The notes under the pieces were generated by a model. The model did not search any database and was not told the origin of the DNA. It saw only the letters and a program-made list of their open reading frames with translations. Shown piece after piece: positions 10,716-19,916 of a DNA stretch of 64,000 nt. The position numbers were made by a program, and so were the translations under genes. Numbering within the stretch: position 1 is the stretch's first letter; the number at the start of each line of letters is the position of its first letter. The DNA lies in the NCBI GenBank assembly GCA_963845755.1, contig CAWJTV010000027.1:64001-128000 (forward strand). Direction: 5' to 3'. The DNA is from an uncultured Planctomycetota bacterium. Lineage in GTDB: Bacteria > Planctomycetota > Planctomycetia > Isosphaerales > Isosphaeraceae.

Positions 10716-11609
10716 CTACGAACTGACCTGCTCGCGCGTGAGCTCTCCGAACAGCTCCGGCCGGCGCGTTCGCAGCATGTAGTTGGCCAGGGCCCGTTCG
10801 CGGGCGATCGAGGCGGCGTCGAGCGTCGCCACGATCATCTCCTCGCGGATGCGCTCCTCCTGCGTGCTGGCGATCAACTCGCCGTCGGGGCCCCAGATCA
10901 GGGCGGCGCCGGCATGGTGGGGTTGATTCTCGCTGCCCCGCGGCCAGAGGTCGACATATCCCGCGCGGCCGACCTGGTCGGCCAGCATCGCGAAGCACGC
11001 ATTCTCGCGCGCTCTTAGGGCATATTTCTTGAGGAAATGATGCGAGTAGCGGCGCGCCGCGGCCTCGCTTTCGGGCGTGTCGTCCCAGAGCTTGAACCGG
11101 CCGGCGTGCGGCATCAGGATCAGCTCGGCGCCGCGCAGGGCCAGCACGCGGGCGACCTCGGGGAACTGGTTGTCGTAGCAGATGACGATCCCGACCTGGC
11201 ATGGGCCGACGTCGAAGACGGGGATCTCGCGGCCCCCCTTGTAATAGAACACCTCGTCGCGCGAGAGGTGCAGCTTCCTCTGCTTGCCGATGTAGCCCCG
11301 CGGGCCGACCAGGACCTGCGTATTGAAGACGATGTCGCGTTCCTTCTCGCTCATCCCGGCGCAGACCACCAGGCGATGCCGGCTGGCGATCTCGATCAGC
11401 CGGCGGACGCTCGGCCCTTCCGGGACGGGCTCGGCCAGCTCCCAGGTATTCGGCGTGCAGTGGCCGTGGATGACCAGCTCGGGGAACAGGACCAGGTCCG
11501 CCCCTTCCGCCACGGCTTTCGCACACCAGGCGTCGATGGCCTGGAGGACCCGTTCGGGTTCACCGAGGAATCCGTTCATGCTCACCGCGGCCACTCGTGT
11601 CGTTCGCAT
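10716..11609 (-). CDS. Nitrilase / carbon-nitrogen hydrolase family protein
   Basis: Catalytic triad motifs 'LFPEL' (E), 'RKLHL' (K) and 'ICYD' (C). Confidence 0.93.
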   Translation of the reverse strand: MRTTRVAAVSMNGFLGEPERVLQAIDAWCAKAVAEGADLVLFPELVIHGHCTPNTWELAEPVPEGPSVRRLIEIASRHRLVVCAGMSEKERDIVFNTQVLVGPRGYIGKQRKLHLSRDEVFYYKGGREIPVFDVGPCQVGIVICYDNQFPEVARVLALRGAELILMPHAGRFKLWDDTPESEAAARRYSHHFLKKYALRARENACFAMLADQVGRAGYVDLWPRGSENQPHHAGAALIWGPDGELIASTQEERIREEMIVATLDAASIARERALANYMLRTRRPELFGELTREQVSS

Positions 11610-11693
11610 ATCGTGTCTCTCCGGTAAGGACCCACTCTATTGTGCGTGGTCTTCCTCTCGATCACAATCTTGGAGCAGTCAGCGACTGGCCGT

Positions 11694-11755
11694 TGTAGGG
11701 TGGGTGAAACCCACCAATCTCAGGCCGCGTCTCGGTGGGTTTCACCCACCCTACA
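11694..11755. repeat. GTAG-type REP doublet (REPIN-like hairpin)
   Basis: TGTAGGGTGGGTGAAACCCACC (11694-11715) and its exact reverse complement GGTGGGTTTCACCCACCCTACA (11734-11755). Each arm has an internal palindrome. Confidence 0.85.
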
Positions 11756-11767
11756 GAGGAGGATCGC

Positions 11768-13426
11768 ATGCCAGGTTCCCTGATCCCGATCGCGGCGCTA
11801 CTGGCCGCCCTCCTGCCCGGCGCCGAGCCGACCGCGCCCCGGAACGATTCGATCTGCCAGCGCGACCTGAAGGCCGACCTCTTCTTCCTGGCCGGCGACC
11901 GGTTCCGCGGCCGGTTGACCGCGACCCCCGAAAACGACCTGGCCGCCGAGTTCATCGCCTCGCGGTTCCAGCGGCTGGGGCTCAAACGCATCGGGGACGA
12001 CGGGTCTTATTATCATCGGTTCAACCTGACGACGGCGAGTCTCGGCCCGGCCAACAGTTTGACATACTTCACTGGGGAGAACGTGTACGTACAGCTCTCC
12101 TTGGGCCAGGAGTTCATTCCCCTGTATTTCTGCCCCGGTGCAACGCTGGCTACGAGGAGTGGTTCTGTCATGTTCGCCGGCTTCGGCCTCCATGCTGCTG
12201 ACAAGGGCCACGACGATTACCAAGGTCTGGATGTGAGGAAAAAAATCGTTCTGGTCTTCGATCACGAGCCGGGCGAGAATGACCCCAAGAGCCCGTTTGA
12301 TGGCGTCGTCATGAGTGAAGTTGCGACGCAATGGCGGAAGGTCATCACCGCACAGGAGAGAGGGGCCGCGGGCATCCTCTTTGTGGCCGATCTCCACAAC
12401 CACACGGGATCGGAGAACTTCGAAGCCATCGTCCACTCCGCCTGGCCCGAAAAACCGCCGCGAATCCCGCGCTACATGCTTCAGGATTGGGCCGATCAAG
12501 TCCACATCCCCGCAGCCCAGATCTCGATCGCGCTGGCCCGGACGCTGTTGCGCGAAACGAAGAGATCGCTTGAGGATCTGGCACGTTCGGCGGAGGAACC
12601 GAACGTGAGATGGGACGAAATCTATAACCACCAGATCGATCTCAAGACCGACGTCCGCCATCACATCGTCCCCGACCGCAACGTCCTGGCCGCGCTCGAG
12701 GGGAGCGACCCGAAGCTCAAGGACGAGTGGGTCGTCATCTCCTGCCACCATGACCACAACGGCGCCGACGAGAACCAGGTCTTCAACGGCGCCGACGACA
12801 ACGGCTCCGGCGTCGTGGGCCTGCTCGAGATCGCCGAGGCTTACGCCCTCGCCGCCCAGGAGGGCCATCGACCGAAGCGATCGATCCTGTTCATCTCGTT
12901 CGATTCCGAGGAACGCGGATTGCTCGGCTCCTGGGCGTTCGTCGAGCGCCCGCCGGTGCCGCTGGATCACATCGTCGCCGTGCTCAACATGGACATGGTC
13001 GGCCGCGACGAGGAGGTCCCGGAGGGGGGCGGTCCTCGGTTCCGGGGCTTGCCGGTCCAATCCGCCGAGTCGAACCACAACGCCTTCAACCTGCTGGGCC
13101 ACAGCCGCAGCGCCGGGCTCACCCAGGTCATCGACCAGGCGAACGCCCCGTTCGGCCTGACGATCAAGAAGGTCCTGGATGACAACAGCTCGCAACTCTT
13201 GAGACGCAGCGACCAGTGGCCGTTCCTCCAGAGCGGCGTCCCGGCCGTGTTTATCCACACCGGGCTGCACCCCGACTACCACACACCCGGCGACCGGCCC
13301 GAGCGGATCAACTACCCGAAGATGGAGCGAATCGTCCGCCTGGTGCACCAGGCGAGCTGGGACCTGGCCCAGCAGCCGGGGCGTCCCCGGCTCGATGCAA
13401 AGGCACCGGGGACGACCAAGCATTGA
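11768..13426 (+). CDS. Secreted M28 family metallopeptidase with PA domain
   Basis: Signal peptide, then 'HHDH', 'GADDNGSG', 'SEERGLLGS', 'LNMDMVG', 'RSDQWPF' and 'DYHTPGD'. Confidence 0.93.
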   Translation: MPGSLIPIAALLAALLPGAEPTAPRNDSICQRDLKADLFFLAGDRFRGRLTATPENDLAAEFIASRFQRLGLKRIGDDGSYYHRFNLTTASLGPANSLTYFTGENVYVQLSLGQEFIPLYFCPGATLATRSGSVMFAGFGLHAADKGHDDYQGLDVRKKIVLVFDHEPGENDPKSPFDGVVMSEVATQWRKVITAQERGAAGILFVADLHNHTGSENFEAIVHSAWPEKPPRIPRYMLQDWADQVHIPAAQISIALARTLLRETKRSLEDLARSAEEPNVRWDEIYNHQIDLKTDVRHHIVPDRNVLAALEGSDPKLKDEWVVISCHHDHNGADENQVFNGADDNGSGVVGLLEIAEAYALAAQEGHRPKRSILFISFDSEERGLLGSWAFVERPPVPLDHIVAVLNMDMVGRDEEVPEGGGPRFRGLPVQSAESNHNAFNLLGHSRSAGLTQVIDQANAPFGLTIKKVLDDNSSQLLRRSDQWPFLQSGVPAVFIHTGLHPDYHTPGDRPERINYPKMERIVRLVHQASWDLAQQPGRPRLDAKAPGTTKH

Positions 13427-13485
13427 GCCGCGATCCGACCCATTTCACTCCCGCCGGGGTGACGGCCCGCCAGATGGAGTCCTGC

Positions 13486-14478
13486 TCAGGCCAGCGGCAT
13501 CCCGTAGACGTCCTTCCACTCGCGGGTCCCGGCGAGCTCGAGTCCGATCCGGGCGATCTCCAGGTTCTCCTCGGGCGTGAGGGGCTGGGCCCGGGCGACG
13601 ACGGCGGCGGCCTTCTCGAGCTCGGCGATGTTCTCCAGGCCGATCACCGCGACGGCGATCCCCGGGATCGACAGGGCGTAGCGGATCGCCTTCTCGTAGT
13701 GTTTCTCGTCCACCTTGAAGCCGGCTTCCGGCCGCACCGCGCCCCCGAGCACTTTCATGGCGACCAGGCCCACGTTCATGTGTTGGGCCCGGCTCCAGAC
13801 CTTGTGCTCGAAGTCATACGTGTGCTGGACGACGAAGTTAACCGCGTTCATCAGCACGTCGATCTCGCCGCCGTCGAGCGCCTGGTGGAAGCGGGTCGGG
13901 TGGAGATGGCCGCTGGCGCCGATGAACCGGATGACGCCCTGCTTTTTCGCCTCGCGCAGCGCGCCCATGGCCCCGCGGTCGCCGAAGACGAGCTTCTGGT
14001 CGCCCCAGACATTCGCATCGCCGAAATTGTGCAGGTGGACCAGATCGATCCGGTCGGTCCGCATCCGCTTGAGGCTCTGCCTGAGCAGCTTCCAGGTCCC
14101 CTCGTAGGTGGGCTCCTCGGTCTTGGTGACGAGGAAGACCTTGTCGCGGATCTCGGCGATCGCCGGGCCCATCTTCTCCTCGGCGAAGCCGGTCTCGGGA
14201 TTGCCGTAGGTGGGCGCCGTGTCCAGGTAGTTGACCCCCAACTCTACGGCGCGGTGGAGCGTGGCGCGGACGTCGTCGGGCGTGACCGGCTTCCGCTGGA
14301 AGTAGGCGCAGCCGATGCCGAGCCGGGACACCCGAGCACCCGTGCGGCCCAGCACGGCATCGGGCACCTTTTTCGGCGGCTCGTCCGCAACCGCTCCGGC
14401 CGCGGCCAGCCCGCCGAGCAGGACGCCACTCCCCTTGACGAAGTCGCGACGGGAAAACGCATGTTCCTGTTGAGGCAT
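13486..14478 (-). CDS. Aldo/keto reductase with twin-arginine (Tat) signal
   Basis: 'SRRDFVK' Tat motif, then 'LGRTG..VSRLGIG', 'YLDTAPTYG', 'SLKRMRTDRIDLVHLH' and 'RFIGASGH'. Confidence 0.92.
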   Translation of the reverse strand: MPQQEHAFSRRDFVKGSGVLLGGLAAAGAVADEPPKKVPDAVLGRTGARVSRLGIGCAYFQRKPVTPDDVRATLHRAVELGVNYLDTAPTYGNPETGFAEEKMGPAIAEIRDKVFLVTKTEEPTYEGTWKLLRQSLKRMRTDRIDLVHLHNFGDANVWGDQKLVFGDRGAMGALREAKKQGVIRFIGASGHLHPTRFHQALDGGEIDVLMNAVNFVVQHTYDFEHKVWSRAQHMNVGLVAMKVLGGAVRPEAGFKVDEKHYEKAIRYALSIPGIAVAVIGLENIAELEKAAAVVARAQPLTPEENLEIARIGLELAGTREWKDVYGMPLA

Positions 14479-14789
14479 GGTCGTCTCTCCCTGTTGGCTT
14501 GAGGATCGGGGCTCCTCCTTTCGACTTTACCAGACAGCGACGGCCAAATGCAGGTCCGAGGCACGCATCCGAGGCCCTGATCGAGGAGCGAAGCCGAGGC
14601 GAGTCGGGCGCCGGACAATTCCACGGCCACCAAGAAAGCAAGAGATTCGGATCCGAAACCAAGGCCCCCGCGACACCAGGGCCCTCAGACTGCTCCCGGT
14701 TTCTGCTCCTATAAGTGCGATAGCGAAGGTCAACCACGTCGTGGTACGCTCGATTGGTTCTACGACTCGAGTTCCGGGCGGAGATCCCG

Positions 14790-15077
14790 ATGACCCTCAC
14801 CGTTCACCTGCCGGACGACCTTGAGAGGCGGCTCCGAGATCGCGCGTCTCGCGACGGGCGGGCGGTCGAGGAATACGTCCTCCGGCTCATCGAGCAGGAT
14901 GCGGCCGGGCCGGGGAGCGACCAGGTCGTTGAGGTTTCCGGCCTCCACCCGGGCCAGCCTCCCGAGATCTCCGACGGCGAATTCGAACACCTCCTCGACG
15001 AGCTGGCGTCCGGGCCCGGGTTGCCGCATCTGCCCGCCGACTTCTCGCGGGCGGACATCTACGCCGACCACGACTGA
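14790..15077 (+). CDS. Putative antitoxin (ribbon-helix-helix, VapB-like)
   Basis: RHH pattern 'MTLTVHLPDDLERRLRDRASRDGRAVEEYV', a 'SRADIYADHD' tail, and a stop overlapping the PIN gene start. Confidence 0.7.
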   Translation: MTLTVHLPDDLERRLRDRASRDGRAVEEYVLRLIEQDAAGPGSDQVVEVSGLHPGQPPEISDGEFEHLLDELASGPGLPHLPADFSRADIYADHD

Positions 15078-15540
15078 TACTCGTACTCGTCAACTCCGGC
15101 ATCCTGCTCCGGCTCCTGAAGCCCAGCGACCCGCAGCACGCGGCGATCCGTGGTGTGGTGCGTGCCCTCCGAAGGCGCGGCGATACCCTCGTCACGGCCG
15201 CCCAGAACGTGGCCGAATTCGGGAATGTCTGCACGCGTCCGGTCTCGGCTCGCGGGGATACGGCCTCTCGATCGCCGAGGCCGATCGGCGCCTGCGCGTC
15301 ATCGAGCGACTCTTCCAGGTCCTCCCCGACAGCCCGGCCGCCTACCAGGCCTGGCGAAGGCTGATCGTCACCCACGTAGTCCAGGGCGTCCAGGTGCACG
15401 ACGCCCGGCTCGTCGCGCTCATGCAGGTTAACGGAATCGCTCACATCTTGACGCTCAACGGCAGCGACTTCACCCGCTACCCGGGCATCCTGCCAATCGC
15501 CCCGACGAGCCTTCCGCCCCCGTCGCAAGCAACACCGTGA
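15077..15540 (+). pseudogene. PIN-domain (VapC-like) toxin, apparently degraded
   Basis: 'LVLVNSGILLR...QNVAEFGNVCTRP...G(Y)GLS...VHDARLVALM...ILTLNGSDF'. The expected ATG reads ATA, the first acidic PIN residue reads Asn, and there is a frameshift near 15255. Confidence 0.75.
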
Positions 15541-15741
15541 GGTTTGGTCCTCCGTTGAAAGACGCGGTCTAAGGAGAGGCAGGCACATCAATATTCGTTA
15601 CGCCCCCTTTTCCGCGCCCCCCCTTTTTCGCGCCAATGAGAAGTTTCCGGACGTGTAGCATTTTTGGTATTCGTCCTCTACCCCCTGGACGATAGGGTAT
15701 CTAACCTGCGAATCTTTTGCGTATACGCCTGACGCTTGCAG

Positions 15742-15772
15742 TTGACAGTTTACTCAAGTTTTGTGAATATAC
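15742..15772 (+). promoter_or_regulatory. Possible sigma70-type promoter
   Basis: Perfect TTGACA at 15742-15747, then 17 nt, then GAATAT, in an AT-richer stretch upstream of ORF 15842. The -10 match is imperfect. Confidence 0.3.
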
Positions 15773-15841
15773 GGCCGTTCAGAATTTCGCGTATTCCGCG
15801 GCTCGCCTCCAAGGCGTGATAATCGGTCGAGGGTTCTCGGT

Positions 15842-16555
15842 ATGCGTTCCCGACTTCCTACGATGTTCTTGGAGAGAGCGGCCGTCTATGCCGCCCCTTT
15901 GGATAGTCCTGCTTATCAGAATGCAGACAGTTGCTCCCCGCGTGGACGCGTGAAGGTTAACCCCAAGCGTCGCTCGGACCATTTACCGCGGCGCAGGTTC
16001 CAACGTCATCTAAAGGCGCGAAGGTGGGCGAATCGCTTGCGGATTCTCCACGACGTATTGGTCGTCGGCAACTGGCTTTACGACGCCGTACACATCATAG
16101 AGCATAATTGGCGTACGGAAGTAATCGAGGGTAAGACTCCGTACGACGCGAGCGAGGAAACTGCGATCATGGAGTTCTATCGACTTTGGGGCCAACCTTG
16201 CCAAAGGGTTATTAGTGAGATCCATAAACTTCGATCAAAGGGCCATGAGGTTCGTGGTGGCGAAGTGTTTGAGGCGAACTTCGAGAAGGCGAGCGCCATC
16301 CTTGCAGGCGAGAATCCGTTCTACGACGACGTAGATAGGGCCGGCCTGTGGGCAGCCCGGACTGCTCGATTCCGGCAATCCCCTCGGCCTGTACGGATCG
16401 ATGAAGCCGGCAGGATTTTTGAGCTGTCTGGTGAACGCTTCGTAATGCCAGGCCTTTCGCCAGACGACATCTTACAAGCGATGGATGACGAGCGAGCCGG
16501 TCGGAAGCGTTCGCTCAAGGATGTGCTTGCCTCAAGAATCTCGCATGGCCTTTGA
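15842..16555 (+). CDS. Hypothetical protein with antitoxin-like C-terminus (start uncertain; GTG near 15950 possible)
   Basis: Lower-GC ORF ending 'LSPDDILQAMDDERAGRKRSLKDVL', overlapping the next gene by 11 nt. Confidence 0.6.
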   Translation: MRSRLPTMFLERAAVYAAPLDSPAYQNADSCSPRGRVKVNPKRRSDHLPRRRFQRHLKARRWANRLRILHDVLVVGNWLYDAVHIIEHNWRTEVIEGKTPYDASEETAIMEFYRLWGQPCQRVISEIHKLRSKGHEVRGGEVFEANFEKASAILAGENPFYDDVDRAGLWAARTARFRQSPRPVRIDEAGRIFELSGERFVMPGLSPDDILQAMDDERAGRKRSLKDVLASRISHGL

Positions 16556-16838
16556 GATCGAACTTCTAGATAAAGCGGCCGGCCACCTCATCGCCTTGCC
16601 GGATTTCCTCCAAGAGCGGGTGCAATCCCATCTAGTTGATCTGGCGAACTCGCCATCCCAGATGAGCCGGCCGACCGTTTCTCCGCCTTATCCTCCTGGG
16701 GGAATGATGTCAGAGTTCGATGTTGGGCCGTTTGGCAATGTGCTACACCATGTCGCAGTGTTCTTCTATTATGGCCAAGACGAAGAGACACTTGTTGTAT
16801 TCGCTATCGGGTATACTGCTCTGCGCAACCCTGATTGA
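16545..16838 (+). CDS. Putative RelE/ParE-fold toxin (97 aa)
   Basis: 'MAFEIELLDKAAGHLIALPDFLQERVQSHLVDLANSP...VAVFFYYGQDEETLVVFAIG' follows the beta-helix-helix-beta-beta RelE layout. Confidence 0.55.
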   Translation: MAFEIELLDKAAGHLIALPDFLQERVQSHLVDLANSPSQMSRPTVSPPYPPGGMMSEFDVGPFGNVLHHVAVFFYYGQDEETLVVFAIGYTALRNPD

Positions 16839-16981
16839 CCCTCATCGCTCAGGCAGTGGCCACGCCTCATCCTCAACCCGCCCATCCGGATACCGGATGA
16901 TCAGACCCCAATGATCGGCTGTTATGCCCCGAGCGGTCAGGCCCGGGGCGGGCTCGAGTTCAACATCGGCTGGCCGTCCGG

Positions 16982-17455
16982 TCAGTCCAACCACCGATCC
17001 GCCAGGATCTTCCTCCAATCCTTGACGGGGATCGTCGGGACGACCGGCTGGGGAACGGGATCGGTGGCCGGCTTCCGCGGGCTCTTCTCCTCGGTGCGCG
17101 TCGCCGTCCGGGATCGCTTCTCTCGAGGGGCGTCGGCCAAAGCGGGATCCATCCCAAGCTCCGCCAGGAGCTCCTCCCGTCCTTCTCTTTTCAGGCGGTC
17201 GCACTCTTCCGGCGAATCGCAGTTTTGGCCGGAAGGCTCGATCGAGAACTGAAGGGCGACCACGTGGCGGCTCAAGATGCCCCAGAAGCCCGAACAGACG
17301 GACCACTCCCTATCATGGAACCGGGGATCCCGGGCCCACTGCTTTTTGGTGACGATGACAGCACGCACCTTGACCTCGTGCGGCTTGGGCCCGAAGTATG
17401 CGAATTGAAAAGTGGCTTCCACGTGGCTGAACCTGCTGCCCGATCCCTCGTCTAC
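16982..17455 (-). CDS. Hypothetical protein (start uncertain)
   Basis: The 3' part of ORF 16982-18193 looks coding and ends 'ILADRWLD'. The 5' part is antisense to the kinase fragment. Confidence 0.4.
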   Translation of the reverse strand, partial: VDEGSGSRFSHVEATFQFAYFGPKPHEVKVRAVIVTKKQWARDPRFHDREWSVCSGFWGILSRHVVALQFSIEPSGQNCDSPEECDRLKREGREELLAELGMDPALADAPREKRSRTATRTEEKSPRKPATDPVPQPVVPTIPVKDWRKILADRWLD

Positions 17456-17470
17456 TGAATCAACGAACAG

Positions 17471-18061
17471 GTGATTCCCATTATCACTGGACCAAGAAAT
17501 GGGGAGCAGGCCAGATGGCAACGCCCGTCGGCCGACTGGGTGAACACGTGGCGGCGCGAGGCCGAGCTGGAGGGCAAGCTCTCCAAGGTCCTCTCCGGTA
17601 TGGACCGGCCGGCCAACGCTGCCGAGACGGCCAACCTGGGGTCGATCGCTGCTCGCAAAAAGCTCCCCGCCGCCGCCGCGCATCTCTACGCCGATGCCTT
17701 CGCGCAGCGACCATCGCTGAAGGATGACTCGGCGGCCATCAATCGTTACAATGCCGCGTGTTCTGCGGCGCTCGCCGGTTGCGGGAAAGGTCGGGACGAG
17801 CCCGCGCCCGGCCCGGTCGATCGGACACGGCTCCGCGCCCGAGCGCTCGGCTGGCTCAAGGCCGACCTTGCAGCGACGGCCCGGCGCTTCGAGGTCAGTC
17901 CCGCCCCGGACCGCGCAAGGCTCGTGGAACGGCTCCGCCGCTGGCGGAATGACCCCGATCTCGCGAGCGTTCGTGACGCGAAAGAGCTCGCCAAGCTCCC
18001 TGACTCGGAGCGTCCCGAGTGGCAGGCTTTCTGGGGGCTCGGTCAATGCGGAATTGCGTAG
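17471..18061 (+). pseudogene. Orphan C-terminal TPR-like region of a planctomycete Ser/Thr kinase
   Basis: 'RYNAACSAALAGCGKG.D...RLRARALGWLKADL...WRNDPDLASVRD...LP..ER..WQAFW' is the typical kinase tail. No kinase domain is present upstream. Confidence 0.7.
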
Positions 18062-18265
18062 GACGGAGCAATGGGCCTCACGATCGCCCGGTCCGCCCGC
18101 GGGGGAACTGCCGGCCGATCCGTTCGCGCGATGACCGCCCCACACCGCCGCGAACGCCCGAGGACCCCAGGGCGGTTCACCGGGAGCAGGCATACCCCCG
18201 AACCTGGCACTCCTGCGGAGAGCGATCTCGTGATCGCTCCTCCTTTCTCGAGAGGATCACCTTCC

Positions 18266-19509
18266 ATGCGTATCTCAACCGCGGTTCCCTTCATCGCACT
18301 TCTTTGCGGGACTTCATCGGTCGGCGCAGAAAGTCCGGCGGCGATGACGGAGCGATTCCTGGTCGAGGGCAAGCTCGGCGCGGGTGAAACCGCCCTGGCC
18401 GATGTCCTGAAAGCCGATCCCGATAACGCCGAGGCCCGGTTCGGACTCGGGACGATCCAGTTCGTCCGCGCCGTCGAGCGGGCCGTCCAGTCGTTCCATC
18501 GCTATGGCTTGAGGGCCGGGCTGATGGGGAACCTCATCCCGTTCGCGCGCCTGCCGATCCCCCCGAACAACGCGCCCGAGCCGATCCGTTACACCGATCT
18601 CCGAGCCATCATGCAGACCTGGACCGACGATCTGGCGAAGGCTGAGGCCACACTCGGGCGGATCGGTGAGAAGGAGGTCAAGTTGCCGCTCCATTTCGGC
18701 CAGATCCGGCTCGACCTGGACGGCGACGGCAACGCCGGCCCGGACGAGACCCTCTGGAAGCTCTACGGCCAGCTCAACGCCGCCGCGGGCAACCAGGTCA
18801 CCGCCGAAGCGTCCAGGGAGTTCCTGGTCACGTTCGATCGGAGCGACGTCGCCTGGCTGCGCGGTTATTGTCACCTCTTGATGGGAATGGCGGAATGCTA
18901 CCTGGCCTACGACGGCCAGGAGCTGTTCAACCACTCGGCCGGGTTGTTCTATCCGAAGCCCGAGATACCGTTCCCCTTCCTCCGCCGATGCAGGCCCCGA
19001 ACCCCCAGGCGGAGGACTATGGCGACATCCTTGATGCCGTTGCCATGATCCACATGCTGCACCTGCCCCTAACCGAGCCGGCGCGGAAGAAGACGGCCCT
19101 GGCGCACCTCGAGTCCATGATCGCGCTAAGCCACGAGTCCTGGAAGTTCATCCTGGCCGAGACCGACGACGACCACGAATGGGTGCCCAATACGAAGCAA
19201 CACACCGTCATGCCCGGGGGCGCCGTCACCATCGAGATGGTCAAAGGCTGGCTGGAATTCCTCGACGAGGCGAAGGCGCTCTTGAAGGGTGAGAAGCTCA
19301 TCCCGTTCTGGCGAAAGGGCGAGGATCTGGGAATCAACCTGCGGCGCGTCTTCACCGAGCCGAGGACGTTCGACCTCGTCCTCTGGGTTCAAGGCACCGC
19401 CGCGGCTCCCTATCTGGAGAAGGGCACGCTCACCAAGCCCGAGACCTGGCAACGCTTCCAGAACATCTTCCGCGGCCAGTTCATCGGCTTCGCACTCTGG
19501 TTCAACTGA
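18266..19509 (+). CDS. Secreted hypothetical protein with N-terminal TPR-like motif (frameshift near 18985)
   Basis: Signal peptide and 'DPDNAEARFGLG'. ORF 18071-19048 joins ORF 18868-19509, ending 'FIGFALWFN'. Confidence 0.75.
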
Positions 19510-19916
19510 CGGTCAGAACCGGAGACTCTGGAAACCCCGAATCCTTGACCTCAAGGCTCTGGTGATGCAGAATCGGATGTTCGCACGGCCGGGGTCGAGC
19601 GTCGATAAACCGCGAGGGCCTGGGGATTCCTGTTCCCGGCTGATGCCGATTCGGCCGTGATCCTCGGCTCCGGGTCGCTCGGGCAATTTTGCAGGGCTTC
19701 GCACGGAACGTCAGCAAAGACATCGCGATCGTGGGAATGCAGGGCAGGGGGGGGACCACGACGATCCCGGTTCTGTATGCGCGCGCCGACGATCCTTCGT
19801 GCGGAGCCGGTGTGACACCGAAAGCCCGCGGTGCGATGATCGGTCGCCAGTACCGGACGGTCCGCATCCGGGATCCCAGGGCGGGAATCCGGTCTCTCCT
19901 CGGGAGTCCTTACGTC

